Of a DNA stretch of 64,000 nt, positions 11,127 through 23,714 are shown in pieces (the stretch's first letter is position 1; every line of letters begins with the position of its first letter). The notes beneath the pieces were generated by a model. The model saw only the letters and a program-made list of their open reading frames with translations, did no database searches and was not told the DNA's origin. Both the position numbers and the translations under genes were made by a program. Origin of the DNA: Takakia lepidozioides (taxonomy: Eukaryota; Plantae; Bryophyta); assembly GCA_030704615.1 (NCBI GenBank), contig CM060734.1:18724001-18788000 (forward strand), given 5' to 3'.

Positions 11127-13330
11127 CTAGTACATGTAGTACAAATGTTTGCACTGGCACAAACTTTTCCTCTCTTTCCCAGAGCGAATGGAGATTGTGT
11201 TTTTGAAGTCTAGGCAAGTGCAATCTGGGATAATTGGAAAACTGTTACCTTGTAAGCCCTTGTTGTGAAGAACAGATCCCAATGTCACCATACTATACAC
11301 CCGTCCGTAGCCTGGTGGGGGAACACCGACACCACGCTGGTTTGTTCCCCTCTGGTTGTGATCCGAACTAAGTGTTCGTAGATTCAATACTCTGGCACTC
11401 GCTGCCCGCATTACTACCTCACACCAGTCCGGACCACCCCTTTCCATTTCTTTTCGTTGGTCATTTGTAGTGCAAAGTGAGAGCGTGTTGAGGAATCCCC
11501 AATGGCGGATTGGGATAAATAATGCGTAGAATCCTAACGGGCCTGACAAATGTGCAGTGTCAGCCCATGGGAGCCGAATTCTAGCTTGCATCACCATCAA
11601 GTACATATTTCCTGTTGTAGACAGTGACAGTTCCCATTGATCTGGCTCAAACTTTTGGGGATTTGAAGGGACCTTACTCTTGTCATGAACCCCCCCACTA
11701 TTTGTATCTGAAGTGCCAGAATCCCATCCAGTCGTCAAGTTCTTTGAGGCCATCTTGACTTGCTGCATCGGAGGAGTACCACCATGCTCTGATAGTTTGG
11801 TATAAGGAGTTTGCTTCGATCTCGCTTGTCACATCTTTATACAGCCGGCAGAGTCTCATGTGTTCCTCCTGCAACTCTGGTTTTATGCAATTCTTGGTGT
11901 GCCTTCGGAGGGACTGCGTCCAATGGAACAGGCAAGTGCGCTCCCTGCCCATCATGGGTATTTTCGGATCACCACTTCCAAAAACAGAACGGACTGCATT
12001 CCAATTTGCCTGCACGCTATCAGCCATAAATCCATGAAAATTTGGATCTGAGACACCATGATTTCTCATGACTTTCACACGTGACTTCCACATTAGGATT
12101 TGAGACTCAGTGTCTTCGGATTGCATGTCACACACTGCAATTGTCATAACTCTTTGGTAAGAAGGATCGTACACATGGGCAGCCATGGTTTTCCAACCCT
12201 TTACACGTTTCACATGATCAAACATGAGCCAGGATTTCTGCACGTCGCCTCCGGGCTGCATTCTCTGGACCAAACTAATTCCACTTCCCTCCGCAACTAT
12301 GGACATCTTGAACAAGAACACTTTCAATGACCCCTGACCAGGAAAAACATTGTCTTGAATGAAGTCATACATGCTTCTCCGCTTCAATTCCAGGATGCTA
12401 TCCACGTAACATGTGCTCCCTGTTCCCATTCTGAGTGCGTTGATGTGGTTGCGTACATTGGGTGAACTAAGGGTCGAGAAATAGTCCATAACGACGTCCA
12501 GTTTCTCGCTGTCCAGTTTCTCAATGTTCTCTTCCGCTCCCCCTAGAATGTGTTTTTGCAAGAAGCTCTTGCTTGTAGAAAGTGCAATTACAGATAGCGG
12601 TGCATAAGGAGCATTCTCCACCTCATGCCGTAGAAGTCCCCTAATTGTTTCAAGACTTTCTCGACAATCCCCTTTCGATACGGGGTGGGTATGATTGCCG
12701 AGATGAACACAAGCTCGGGTAAGGCCGTGAAAACGATGGAGCACATAGTACATGCGGGCCTTGCAAGCGCCAATGCATGTTGGGGCCGTTTATTTGCAGA
12801 GTAACGTCGTGTTTTTAGGAGGTAGGCACCCCACCTCGAATGGGTTATCAGCGCAACCCTCCCACTCCGTCTCGTTTGGGGAGCCTCTCAATGACAGGTA
12901 GTTGCAGGCTTCATTTCCACAACAGAGGTGCCCAACGCAGACTGATCTACGGAAAGACAAGCCATGAGGGTTATGTATGTTGGTTGTCTTAGTTCGACAC
13001 CAAGGGTGTCCGTCGTGCTTTTTGTCCATCCCTTGCATGAGTCCCCACAAACCCCCAAAGGACGTCGGAGGTGGCAGCTCAAAAACCACATCCCCATCAA
13101 ATTTTGCAAGAAGGTATTTTGCTCTTACAATCTTTATTGCCCCCTATGCAATTCCACGCACGTCACTTCTGCAGTTTGGCAAGCCTTTCATAGACTGCAA
13201 CTTTGGAACCACACTGCCTATCTCATGGACATCTGGTTCTTCGACATAAGACAGGTGTGGTGGAGGTGGAATCTCAGAGATGTTGTCGTCATCGGAGCTT
13301 TCCGAGAGATCCGCAAAAGGCGTCGAAGTG
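11127..13330 (-). pseudogene. MULE-type transposase unit 2: GCM-like zinc DNA-binding domain, DDE core, SWIM finger (disrupted by stops)
   Basis: HDGHPWCRTKTTNI..SVCVGHLCC.NEAC..CK*..C.ARMYY..HLGNHTHP (GCM/WRKY-type); MFDHVKRV, FMADSVQANWNAV, RTCLFHW (D..D..CxxH); CTCLDF..QCKHLYY (SWIM). Stops at 13144, 12790, 11698. Confidence 0.82.
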
Positions 13331-15566
13331 CTGGTGTCCTCTTTTTTAATTGTAGCAGGTGTGAAGGCCGGAGCCACCGAAGCAACCAAGGCAGAACAAC
13401 GAACCATGGAAGCAGGACCTGTCCGCTGAATACTGAACAATGCATCGGAAAAGTCTTGTGTCTCTCTCACTGGATTTCCCCATTGCATTGGCTGAGGAGG
13501 GATAGCAACATGTGGATTTGTCTCACAGAAAGTCGAAGAACCAGGAATGTCATGACTTGATTTGGAGCTGACAAACCTAGATGGCTGGTGTGGACTGGGC
13601 ATCCCAGTGGCGCGCACTGGAACAGTCTTTACATTCATATCACACCTCCAAGATTCGTTTGGCCCACCATGCTCATCGCCTAACTTGCGTTTGACTGGAA
13701 TAGTGCGATTGTCTCCCTCCAATTGAACCCCCCTTGTGTGCATGGGTGTTCCAGCTACTATGCCACGTACAACCTTACCCATTTTTGCTGGGCTATTAGA
13801 TCTAGCTGCTTGACGCAACACGAGCTCCTCTTTGTCGGGCCCCGTCCCCCATGTCTTTCCTGTGGTGTGCCTGTAAATGTTGCCTGCTGCAAGAGCTCGT
13901 GACATGTCATGCATGGTGGCCTCATATAGATCCACCTTCATTTTTTTCCCATTGCCTGCTGTCTTCCACCAAGCAGAATGGACTGCCTCAGACAAATTAG
14001 TGGTAGGCATATCTGCATCTGCCTCCACATCCATGTCCTCTCTCATCCATTGGCCCCACATTCGATATCTGTAGTGCCACCATGCAAGCCATGAATCTAG
14101 TTTTGGCAAACTCTTTTCTGTGCATGCTCCTGAAGAGAGCCACCAAGCCCGAATTGCAATGTATGTGGTTGTAGCATCCTCCAAGGTAGCACTATCTTTC
14201 CATTCATAACAAAGCTGAGTGTGCCTTTCACGGAAGTCCTCCAAGATATAGTCGTTGGTGTGTCTTCGGAGGCTTTCAGCCCAATGATATAAACATGTTC
14301 TTTCTTTACCTTCCATTGGGACATTGGGATCAGATCCATAAACCCTTCGAACAGCAGCCCAATTCGCTCCTGCTGCATCCGCCATGAAGCCAGCAAAATT
14401 TGGTTTGTTCAAGCCAGCAAGTTTTGCTTGTTCATTGATCATCTCCCAGAATAACACCTGAGCATCTGCATCCTCTGTTTTCATATCGCAAATGGCAATG
14501 GTCATCATTCGCTTGACATATGGTTCATAGACATGACACGCAAGAGTTGTCCAATCCTTGATGCGTTTGACATGGTCAAATACTACCCAACTTGTGCGTA
14601 GATCCCCCTCACTCATGCGACGCACAAGATCAACACCACTCCCGGGACCAGCAACAGACATCTTGAAAACATGGGGGAGATGAGAAGTATGCTGGCCTGG
14701 AAGGAGATTGCTGTGAATGAAATGGTATGTACTCAGACGCTTCAACTCCAATATGGACATGATGGAATTGACACGTGCAGATGCGACCTTGTTTTTCACA
14801 TTGGGGCTACAAACATGGGCAAACTCTTCAAGAATATCTTCCAAAGCCTCTCCCTCAAGACGTACTGTCTCTGTGCCATCAGCCACCGAACACGATGCAC
14901 TGGAATGTGACTATAGTCCAAGGTAGAAAGCTCTCCTTTTGATCCATTCCTCCGAGCAGTGGCCAAGATACTCAAAATGGACAACACACCAGAAGGAAAT
15001 GCAGATGTAGCCTCCCCTGCTAGTCGTGGAGATGAAAATAAACCCCTCGCAGATTCGCAACAATCAGACGTGGTGTTGCCCAATGGAGTTTTCCGAGGCT
15101 TCATGTCGTGAAGCAAGACCGTATGAGCAGATGAGGAAGGTTGAGATCCACAAAATACACTCTTAGAAACCTCAACACAATCCGAATTATGAGACCCCAA
15201 GCTCGCCAAATCTGCAACCTCCTCCTTCAATTTACAACTCCCATTTGTTGCAGCTTGATCGTTCTTTCTTGCAATAGAAGTGTGCCTCTCATCATGTGAC
15301 TGTGTATAGCTCATACCTGTGACACAGTACTTGGAGAAAGTGTCTGGAAACAACTCCCATTGCTTTTGGCCGTCATTGAAAACTGGAAGCAACACTGTGG
15401 AGGCATCATCATCACCATCATCCTCCAAAAAAACTGAACCCGGAACAAGTTTGAATCTATTGCATAACCAAGGTTCTGGGATAATGCACTTGTTTCCATT
15501 GCAAGGATAACGAACCACTTTTGCATCAGGTGGACATGAAAGCACTGCATATTTTGGTGTAGACAT
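13331..15566 (-). pseudogene. MULE-type transposase unit 1: DDE core; GCM domain deleted; C-terminus runs in frame into unit 2
   Basis: VFDHVKRI, FMADAAGANWAAV, RTCLYHW, TTNLSEAVH (third catalytic E). Frameshift or deletion near 14880 after LSTLDYSHIPVHRVRWL. Confidence 0.82.
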
Positions 15567-16615
15567 TTGGCAATGCCCTCAAAGTTTGAGAGAAGATGCA
15601 AAATGAATGAAAGCGCACATCTTGCAAGACCTTATGCAAATACATTAAATGGCTTACATTACTTATGTGTATCATCAATCCAGAAGGTCCAAATTTTTTG
15701 AGGCATGTGCTCCATCCATATTATTCTCTGACAGAAACAACTAAATGGACTATCCCCTATTTTTAAGACGACGGCGCCGTTGTTGAGATCTTAGAATCCA
15801 ATGTACTGCCTTCTTCTTATGAGCATATGAAACATAAATGCTTTGCATGTTTCCATTTATTTTACAACCAATCGTTGATTAATCGTCCAACTATGAACTG
15901 ACACACTAGACGGCACAATTTATTTACAATCAAATCCCATGACATGTATGTTGATTTGTTCTTTGATTACTCATGTATGAGTAATGAGCACAAGTATTTG
16001 TGGCGACAATTGACTCTAAAACCAATAAATTGATTAAGACACCCATAACAAAATATTTAGTTACTTTATCACTTACTTTATATTGTATTATGAAGGCGCC
16101 GCCACAAAGTAACATGTCAATCGTATCGTACAACCATCTTTTGAGGATCCACGTGTAACCCATGTAGTCCAAAAAGCACTAACGCCAGAGTGTATAAAAA
16201 AGGTTCACATTTCAAATTTGGCCAATTTGGCCTTCGCCCCCCTTTCCCCCCGCTCTCCTTGGCGGGGGCAGGTTTGAACCCGCAACCTTGTGGAAAATAC
16301 ACCACAACCTTACCAACAAGCCATGCTCTATTCAACGAAACAACCTCTACTTTTTTTGTTAATAAACTGTTTCTATTCAGTTAAACTTGTTGCCATTACT
16401 ACATGACTAACCCGGTATCATTACTACACTAACGTAGTCTAGTATACTTGCACATTATCCCTTGCCACTCCCCCAAACAAACACACACAAACTACACAAG
16501 CACTTAACACGTCTCTAGTCTCCACACCCTGGAGACTCCCGTTGCGAAGAGGAGACGGAGGCGCCGCATCTCGGCCTTATACTATACCACCCCGAGGCAA
16601 CGAGCTGTTGCGGCG

Positions 16616-19600
16616 ATGGGGAGGAAGAAGGACACTCGAGGGGGAGGCATTGCTAGTGGTGGTGGTGGTAGAGGCAAGCTGCGGACGGAGAAGGTAAGCT
16701 GTAGTTTTGTTTTTTTTCATGACCTGTACTTAGGCATATGCGCCATCGCACAAGCCCCACCAAGCTGCTCATAATCTAGCACCTCCGCCGGCGCAGATGC
16801 CTAAGTCATTTCAACTCTCACAAGTTTGCGAATCTCCACACATACACACAACCGTCTCCGCCGGCGGAGACAGCTCATTCCCCTTGGTTTTTTTTTATGC
16901 TTGGAAGGGTTGGGCTGCCACCTCCGCCGGCGCATACCGTTGGAGCTGGGATGCTCGCATGTTTCAGGAAGTGCTCCTCTACTCCCATCCCGTTTATTTT
17001 TTTGCATGCTCATACGTTGCTGATGCTCCAAGTGAGTTGGGCTGGCATATCCGTCGGCGCATACCTGTGCAGCAGGGCTGCTCAAATGTTTCAGGAAATT
17101 CTCCCCTTTTCCATCTTCTTTGTTTTTCTGCATGCTCAAAAGTTGCTGATGCTCCGAGTGGGCTGCGCTGGCATATCCGCCGGCGCATACCCATTGAGTA
17201 CATTCTTTTTTGCTCAGATCATAGGTTTCGGGAACCTCCTGCAAGCGTCTCCACCGGCGGAGACACTTGGAGCTTGGTTTTTTTTGCATATTCCCTGTGT
17301 TACGGAAGCTCCAAAGCGCCAAGGCTACCACCTCTGTCAACACAGACCCGTGCAGCATGGCTGCTCACATATTTCAGGAAGTTCTCCCCCCCTTCCATCT
17401 CTTTTGTTTCTCCGCATTCTCATAAGTTGTTGATGCTTCGAGCGGGCTGGGCTGCCATATCCGCCGGCGCATACCCATTGAGCACAATCTTTTTTTGCTT
17501 AGCTCCTAGGTTTCAGGAACCTCATGCAAGCATCTCCGCCGGCGGAGATGCTTGGAGCTTGGTTTTTTGTTGTATATTCCTTGTGTTACGTAAGCTCCAA
17601 AGTGTCGAGGCTGCCACCTCCGTCGGCGCAGACGCTTGGGGAACCTTCCCTATTTTGGTTGATCACAGTATTCAAGTATCTCAAAGCTTCTACGTTGCTA
17701 CCTCCACAACTCCACATGCTTCCATAGGCCTAGTTTGATCTTTCAAGGTGCTCCTGTATGTTTGGCTACAACCTCCCTTCCATGGTATGCGCCGGCGCAT
17801 ATGCTTGGAGTTCCTTGAGCAAAAATTTCTTCAAGGGCCTCAAATCTTGTCAAATTTTGAGTTGGTTGCACATATGTGTCATATGCGCCGGCGTAGGTGG
17901 TCGGAGGTCCTCTGCCGGGATGCTCACGCCTGTATTCTGCTCCAAGTTGTAAGCTTTGAAAGACAAGGATATTCATGGAATTAGTTGACTATCCAAATTC
18001 ATTTGTTTTCTTCATGCAACCATGACACTGAACTGCTCTTTTTACATATTATACATTCACACATGTGCTCTTCTCATACACTGACATCTTGAACTGTTTT
18101 GGTCTATGGAATTAGGAAATTACTACTACAACTGAAGCTGTGGAGGCCGGGACGCTTGCAACCATTATTGACGACATTGATGCAGGGAATTGGGGGGCAG
18201 ATGAGTATGAAGAGGATACAACATCTAGTGATCCTCTTTCTCTAGATGCCAAACAGGCAATTATTCTGGAAAAGAAACAAGATCTGAATGTAACTTTCAG
18301 GTCCCTCCTCATTGAGGATGGAGTTATGGACATTCCATTGTGTCGCATGATTTCTATGCAGGTTGTTAGGCCCGCCCTTGCCAACAACATCCTAAAGCTT
18401 AGAGGAGAATTCTATTCTGGATACCATCCAGGAGCAGCCGTGTTCTATGTTTCTGTTGAGGGGATTGATGGATCTTGTAGGTCCTGATATCATCTCTACA
18501 TGGGATAGTCATTGGAAAACAGTCAATGATGAGTTTGAGAAGTATCTTGAGTCCAAGCCAAAGTTGCATCATCTTCGGGGGAAGATGTTTCATGTCTGGG
18601 ATGGGAATCATAGGCTTCAAGCATGGTATCCCTATATCAATGAAGTTCATGGGGCCAACTTGTCAAGACATGTCTGTGTGACAAGTTGGGTGCTCAATGC
18701 GGACATTGAAAATCGTGGTTCCCTCAGGTCCATCATGGATGGAGTGAATGTGTGAGTTTCCTTTCTATTCTTCATTTACTTTCATGTTCAATGTTGTCAT
18801 GTTCTTGCTCAATGGATGTACATATACACATCTTCTTTCTAATGATCATATTTTATATGTGCAGGGCAACAGAGAGGGCACATGTTACATCCAAATTTGT
18901 GCACTTGGTTTGCAAGGTCAATATGATTGGCCTTACACCTGTCTCTGAATGGAAGAATGTATTGAGGAAAGAGCAATATGACGAATGCATCAAGAAAGCA
19001 GGAAAGACTTGGTATAACCTGACAGTCCATGCAATGACAGAGATTTTGTACAAGGTAACATCATGTCTTAACCAAGTTTCATTCTTTGCATCCATAGACA
19101 AGATTCACCTCTGGTTCATGTTATGAACTGTTTTTGGCAGCATGATATTGTTGAGGCCCAACGCATGGCGGGGGAAGCTTACAAACTTGCTGAGGGGCCA
19201 AAGAGTCAAGAATGCCTTGAAGATACAATGAGACAGGCTGGATTGAAAGCAAGGGAGCAACACAAGAGTCAGCTTGTGAAGTTGCTTCCTATTGCTGATC
19301 CAACCCTTGGAGAGGGGTTTCTCCAAGAACTTAAACTGCATTGGTTACGTGTAAAGGCAGGATCGGAGGAAATGACCCAAGAGAAAATGGTGAACATTGC
19401 TACCGCCCGGGTGGATCCTGAAGAAAAGGTGGAATGGCTACATATATGGAATGGAGACCAAACACTTCACGACCGTAATTTTTTTCCACCCGGGCCTATC
19501 GGTGGGCCAACACTTGATCCTTGGCTGAATAGAAGGACTTTTTGGTGGCAGGTACATATACAATCACTATCTTCTCAATGCAATTAATTCATTTTGTTGA

Positions 19601-21815
19601 TGACACATTAACATAGTTATTTAACTGACTGTATTTTCTGGCAGCTTCGCAAGGTTGCCTTGGCTCAGTTTGCCTTGTACACCACTCAGCTTGGCAAATT
19701 TCATGTTGCCTTGGAGGAAGGAGAGAGTGAGAGTCTGGGAGACTACATGGATACATGGAAGATGACTCATTTCAATGAGTTGTTTCATAGAGAGTTCTCA
19801 TTGCCAAAGGGGCCATTCAGAGGCAATGATTGGGAACAACAAACAGGTGGGGAGAAGGTGGTGAGACGGATTTTATTCAGGTACCATCTTTCCATTGCAT
19901 TGTACATGGATAGTGTATACACCTTGTAAGTAAAAAATGTCTATGCTTCAAGTATTTTTCTAGTACATTGGGATATACATGTTTCTTAATGTGCTTGTTC
20001 AATTGTTGAACAGGTTGCATAAATATTTGTCTCCACAATAACTTTGAATGTGTTTGTATTTTAGGTACATGAGATTTGTGCTTGTACCGAGTGATCGACT
20101 TAAGGCTGAGCCCAAGTTTCTGATGGCCTGGAAGTTTGGTGCTCAACAAGCTCCCATGTACACACCTGCAATTGAGGAAGATTGGGGTGTGGAACACCGG
20201 GAAGGGGGGGGTTGGTATTTGGATATGCCCAAGGGTACTATCCCTATGCAGAAATGGGACTTCATAAGGAATGTGTTCGCAGGCAGTCAGTGAGTGATGA
20301 AGGGGGTATCTCCACTGAAGTCCCTGTTCTTGATCTGGAGCATGCAGAACAGATTGCTACACAGGCCGCTGACGCTGTAGCCCAAGTGGTCCCTGCCGTT
20401 GTGGGTGTACCAAAACGCAAATCACAAAAAAGAAAAGGTGCGGATGTCAATGCAAGTGTGGCCCCCAATGCAGGTGTGGCTTCTATTGCTGGTCCTATTG
20501 GTAGTTCTTCACATCCTTCAAATCAGTTGGTTGTAGTGCCTGCACCTACTACTCGAGGAAACAAGCCAAAGGCAGGCGAACATCCTTACAGTGCAGTGTC
20601 ATTTTCTGGTGGTGCACCTAGCATGTATCGCATGAAGATCATGCCTACTCATTTCATTGATATGGTGGAGGCCTCAAGTACATCTCCTGATGCGACCTTG
20701 AAAGAGCTCATGGAGTTCTTAAAAAATGTGAGTTTCCCCCAACAAACAAACTTGAATGTAAGGAATTCTTCGATGTTTTTATATCCTCATCATCCGGCTA
20801 TTGACTCCTACATTTTCTGTATGTTGTTTGCAGTTGCCAGGAACTTGGTCTAGTGTTGTGAATGGAAAAAGCGTGCATGCGGCTGTGGACATGATCATCG
20901 TGGACTGCCCAACAGGAATGCATGTACAGGGCTGTTTGGATGGTGTACAGGTTCCTCCCTGGAATGCTTTTGATAAACGGTATTGGGAGTATGCATTCTC
21001 CATTGCTAATGACCTGTTGGATGACAATGGATGCTTGGTGTTCTTGCAGGGCTCCGATGATTCCTTTGCATTGGAGCTCTTTTCTTACTCCAGGGGCAGC
21101 TCTATTTCCGTATTATCAAGGAAATATACTTGCATCAATACCACCCCTCTACACACTCAGACAGGAAAGGTAAAAATCATCCCTCTTCAATATCTCATTG
21201 TTTGATGTTTCATCTTCCTACTCTCATACATATAATTAAACCATCCGGGTGCACTGTTTTTGTGGAAATGGCACGTCTAACAGACCATGTTCTTCCACGC
21301 CCATGTCCTCACCAAGCAAGGAGGACTATTCAAACTGCGTGAGTCTGGCAAAGTTGTGGACCCCCTTGCAGACCCTGTTGAGTTGGATGCCATCTACAAC
21401 CACATTCCAGATGTTGCACTACCCATGCAAACTCCTCAACAAGCCTGGAGGGGTACACGAGACCGTAGTCCCGCCTTCATGCAAGTGTTGTTGGAGACAT
21501 GCTCACCTCCTGGCTCCCGCATTTTGGATCTCACAGCTGGCACAGGTTTGCATTGGTCTCCATTTTGTAATTAAAATCTTCTGAGCTGATTCATGATCAT
21601 TAACTCTTATCCGATATAATATCATCATTGTATGTTTTTTTCCTACAGGTTCTACATTTATTGCTGCTCGCGAGCCTGGACGTCACGTATTTGGTCTTGA
21701 GGGGGACCAGACGTTGTATGCAGCACTTCTCTCTGCACTACTGTGGTCCCTCAAAGAGAAGTCGAGGGAAATTCATGCTATCTTGCTGTCAGTGCAAACA
21801 GCCAAGAGCTGCTAG
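16616..21815 (+). pseudogene. Nine-exon gene: ParB/Srx-like domain fused to a beta-class N6A/N4C DNA-methyltransferase-like domain; two frame disruptions
   Basis: Exons 16616-16693, 18116-18751, 18865-19054, 19141-19551, 19645-19925, 20065-20727, 20834-21169, 21284-21545, 21649-21815, all GT-AG and phase-compatible. ParB-like DIPLCRM..VRPAL..FHVWDGNHRLQAW; motif IV-like VDMIIVDCP; RDRSPAFMQVLLETCSPPGSRILDLTAGTGSTFIAAREPGRHVFGLE (motif I). Frame breaks at about 18478 and 20204-20293. Confidence 0.78.
16780..17900. repeat. Intron-1 repeat array with about 11 CGCCGGCG-core palindromes
   Basis: ctccgccggcggag / tccgccggcgcat variants at about 16784, 16857, 16922, 17050, 17176, 17250, 17460, 17535, 17618, 17788, 17883, within longer degenerate units. 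Confidence 0.85.
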
Positions 21816-22461
21816 CTGTTTTTGGTCAACTGCCATCCTTGCTGGAGCAGAGTTTGTACACATATGACTTGCTGCTGTTCCAGAGTTTTCTCCAAAAAGT
21901 AAAGCAAGTGCAAATATCCACAATTGCAAGTAAGGATTGTTTACTTCTCCCCAGAATCAAACAATTTGGATAGTACAGGGAGAGTGTCAAGCTCCACATC
22001 AAGGTCTCCTGTCCTTTAATTCTTGAAACCAATTTGTGCTATGTTTTGTTGGTGATGTGGCTCTAGTAGCTCTTTCTTAGAAGACTTGATCACTTTTTCC
22101 TCCTTGCAAAGGTATCAGCTGCCATTCCCAAGCAGACAAGGGAGAAAGATTGCACTGTTACAGAAATTTCACGGTGACAGCACGTTTTTTCGAAGCGTAA
22201 GTTCTGCTCAACATACCCACCAAAGTGCAAAATGTACAAAGAGAGATCTCTTTCAGAACAGATTCACAATGAAACTACCTATCATTGCAACTACACCACG
22301 GCCCTCCATTTCACTCTGGATGCTCGCTGGCAGGAAGGACTAACATTAAGCTCAGTATTTCAAAGAGCTGCAGGGACAGTCCCCAAACTTTTTTTCCTTG
22401 CTGATCAACATCCAAAAGTGCACCCTCAAAGACTGCCTGTGCTTGGGTGCGTCAGAGACAG

Positions 22462-22637
22462 CCCAAAAACTAGTATAGTTTTGGGTTCTTTGTATCATTG
22501 GACATACCAAAGTGACTGAGCAGTAAGTATCCATGTCCAAATAAAGATCCATTGATCACTGTTCATGGCTGGAAATGTCTGTTCGTCTTAAAGAAGCCAT
22601 TTATGATCATAGAAGGCTTAAGAACAAAATAAGAGCA
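22462..22637 (+). repeat. About 175-bp direct duplication, second copy at 24406-24581
   Basis: cccaaaaactagtatagttttggg...gaacaaaataagagca is near-identical in both places. Confidence 0.92.
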
Positions 22638-23298
22638 TTTCTTTACATAAAGAACATCACCAAAGCAGGGTTACGGACTGATGTTTGGCAGCTTATACAA
22701 CAGGGTGTAATCAGCTGCCCTATTTTGCACATCAAGTCACTTATTGACACCATGTTTTTTGCCCCATGATCGGTTTTAGATCTGGGGCTGGTGTGTGATT
22801 TCAATGACAGGGTAGAGTAATATTCCCACCTCTTATTCCATGCCCCAAGACCAAGTTCTATGTCTGGGGTAGGGAAATCATTACCATAACAGGCTGTAAT
22901 CAGATTTACATGCCATGCAATCATCCATAGGAAACACAAAGAATCTGAATTGCTCATCCCATCAGGCCTGCAGGTTACTTTGGTATTATTTATCCTAAAG
23001 CAACTTGAATACGATGCTTGAATCATTCTCTTCACATCTACCAATGTCTTACCGTTTTGGAAAAATAGGTAAACATTCAAGGGCATATAACCAAGGACCA
23101 TATTTGGCCACAAAAGATCCATCCATATCAGTTTGGCATGGTATCAAGTGTCCTAAAGTAACCGGCTTCGAAAAGAGGCTAAGTTTCCAATGCTTGTACA
23201 TTCAAGAACACTGTCTGGTCATGAAAACAGGTCTGTCCTACATTGTAGCATATTACCAGATCTCTTTAAAGCCATCAGCTTGTCATATCATTGCTCCA

Positions 23299-23714
23299 TT
23301 GTCACATCAGTATGCCATAGGGAACAAGAGATAGTCGCCCTATAAAGTAACAATCAGGAAATCTTATATCAGACTTTTAGTGTTTACCCACCCCTTGTTT
23401 TGGGTAAAACGTGGGTACAAAACCAAAGGGGGCAGGTATTGGGACTTAGGTAATGAAGTCTGGCAGGGGTTTACCACCTGGTTATATTCAGACGAAACAT
23501 CTACCAGCAGCATATCATAATTGGGTATTTTTTATGGTGCTATAAAGAGCAAAGCTATAACCAGGAGAAACATAGAAACATTTGAGCCAAAGAAATGGAA
23601 CTCATTCTTATCATAAGGTATCTAAATCTGACATAAGGCATTGGCTACGGGGGACCGGCAAACAAGAGTAATGTGCATTGACCGGATCATATATAAGGTG
23701 TACACGTCTACTCC
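23299..23714 (+). repeat. About 420-bp segment with an inverted copy at 35614-36040
   Basis: Reverse-complement match with few differences. Confidence 0.92.

Larger units (their letters stand above)
10249..21815. mobile_element. Large decayed autonomous-type Mutator-like element: left terminus, two transposase units, ParB-MTase gene; right end not found
   Basis: Terminus GAGGGAACTAGCGCGTGAGCGCGCTCACGC with repeated GTGAGCA and GGATGAATG subterminal motifs shared with the TSD-bounded copies. Followed by MULE transposases. Inclusion of the ParB-MTase gene is inferred from adjacency. Confidence 0.65.

Noticed and set aside
16797-17738. 313-aa ORF and overlapping ORFs
   Set aside because: By-products of the GC-rich repeat array in predicted intron 1; repetitive translation with no domain motifs.
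16616-21815. Bacterial or phage contamination as the source of the ParB-MTase
   Set aside because: Eight phase-consistent spliceosomal introns, and continuity with plant TEs.
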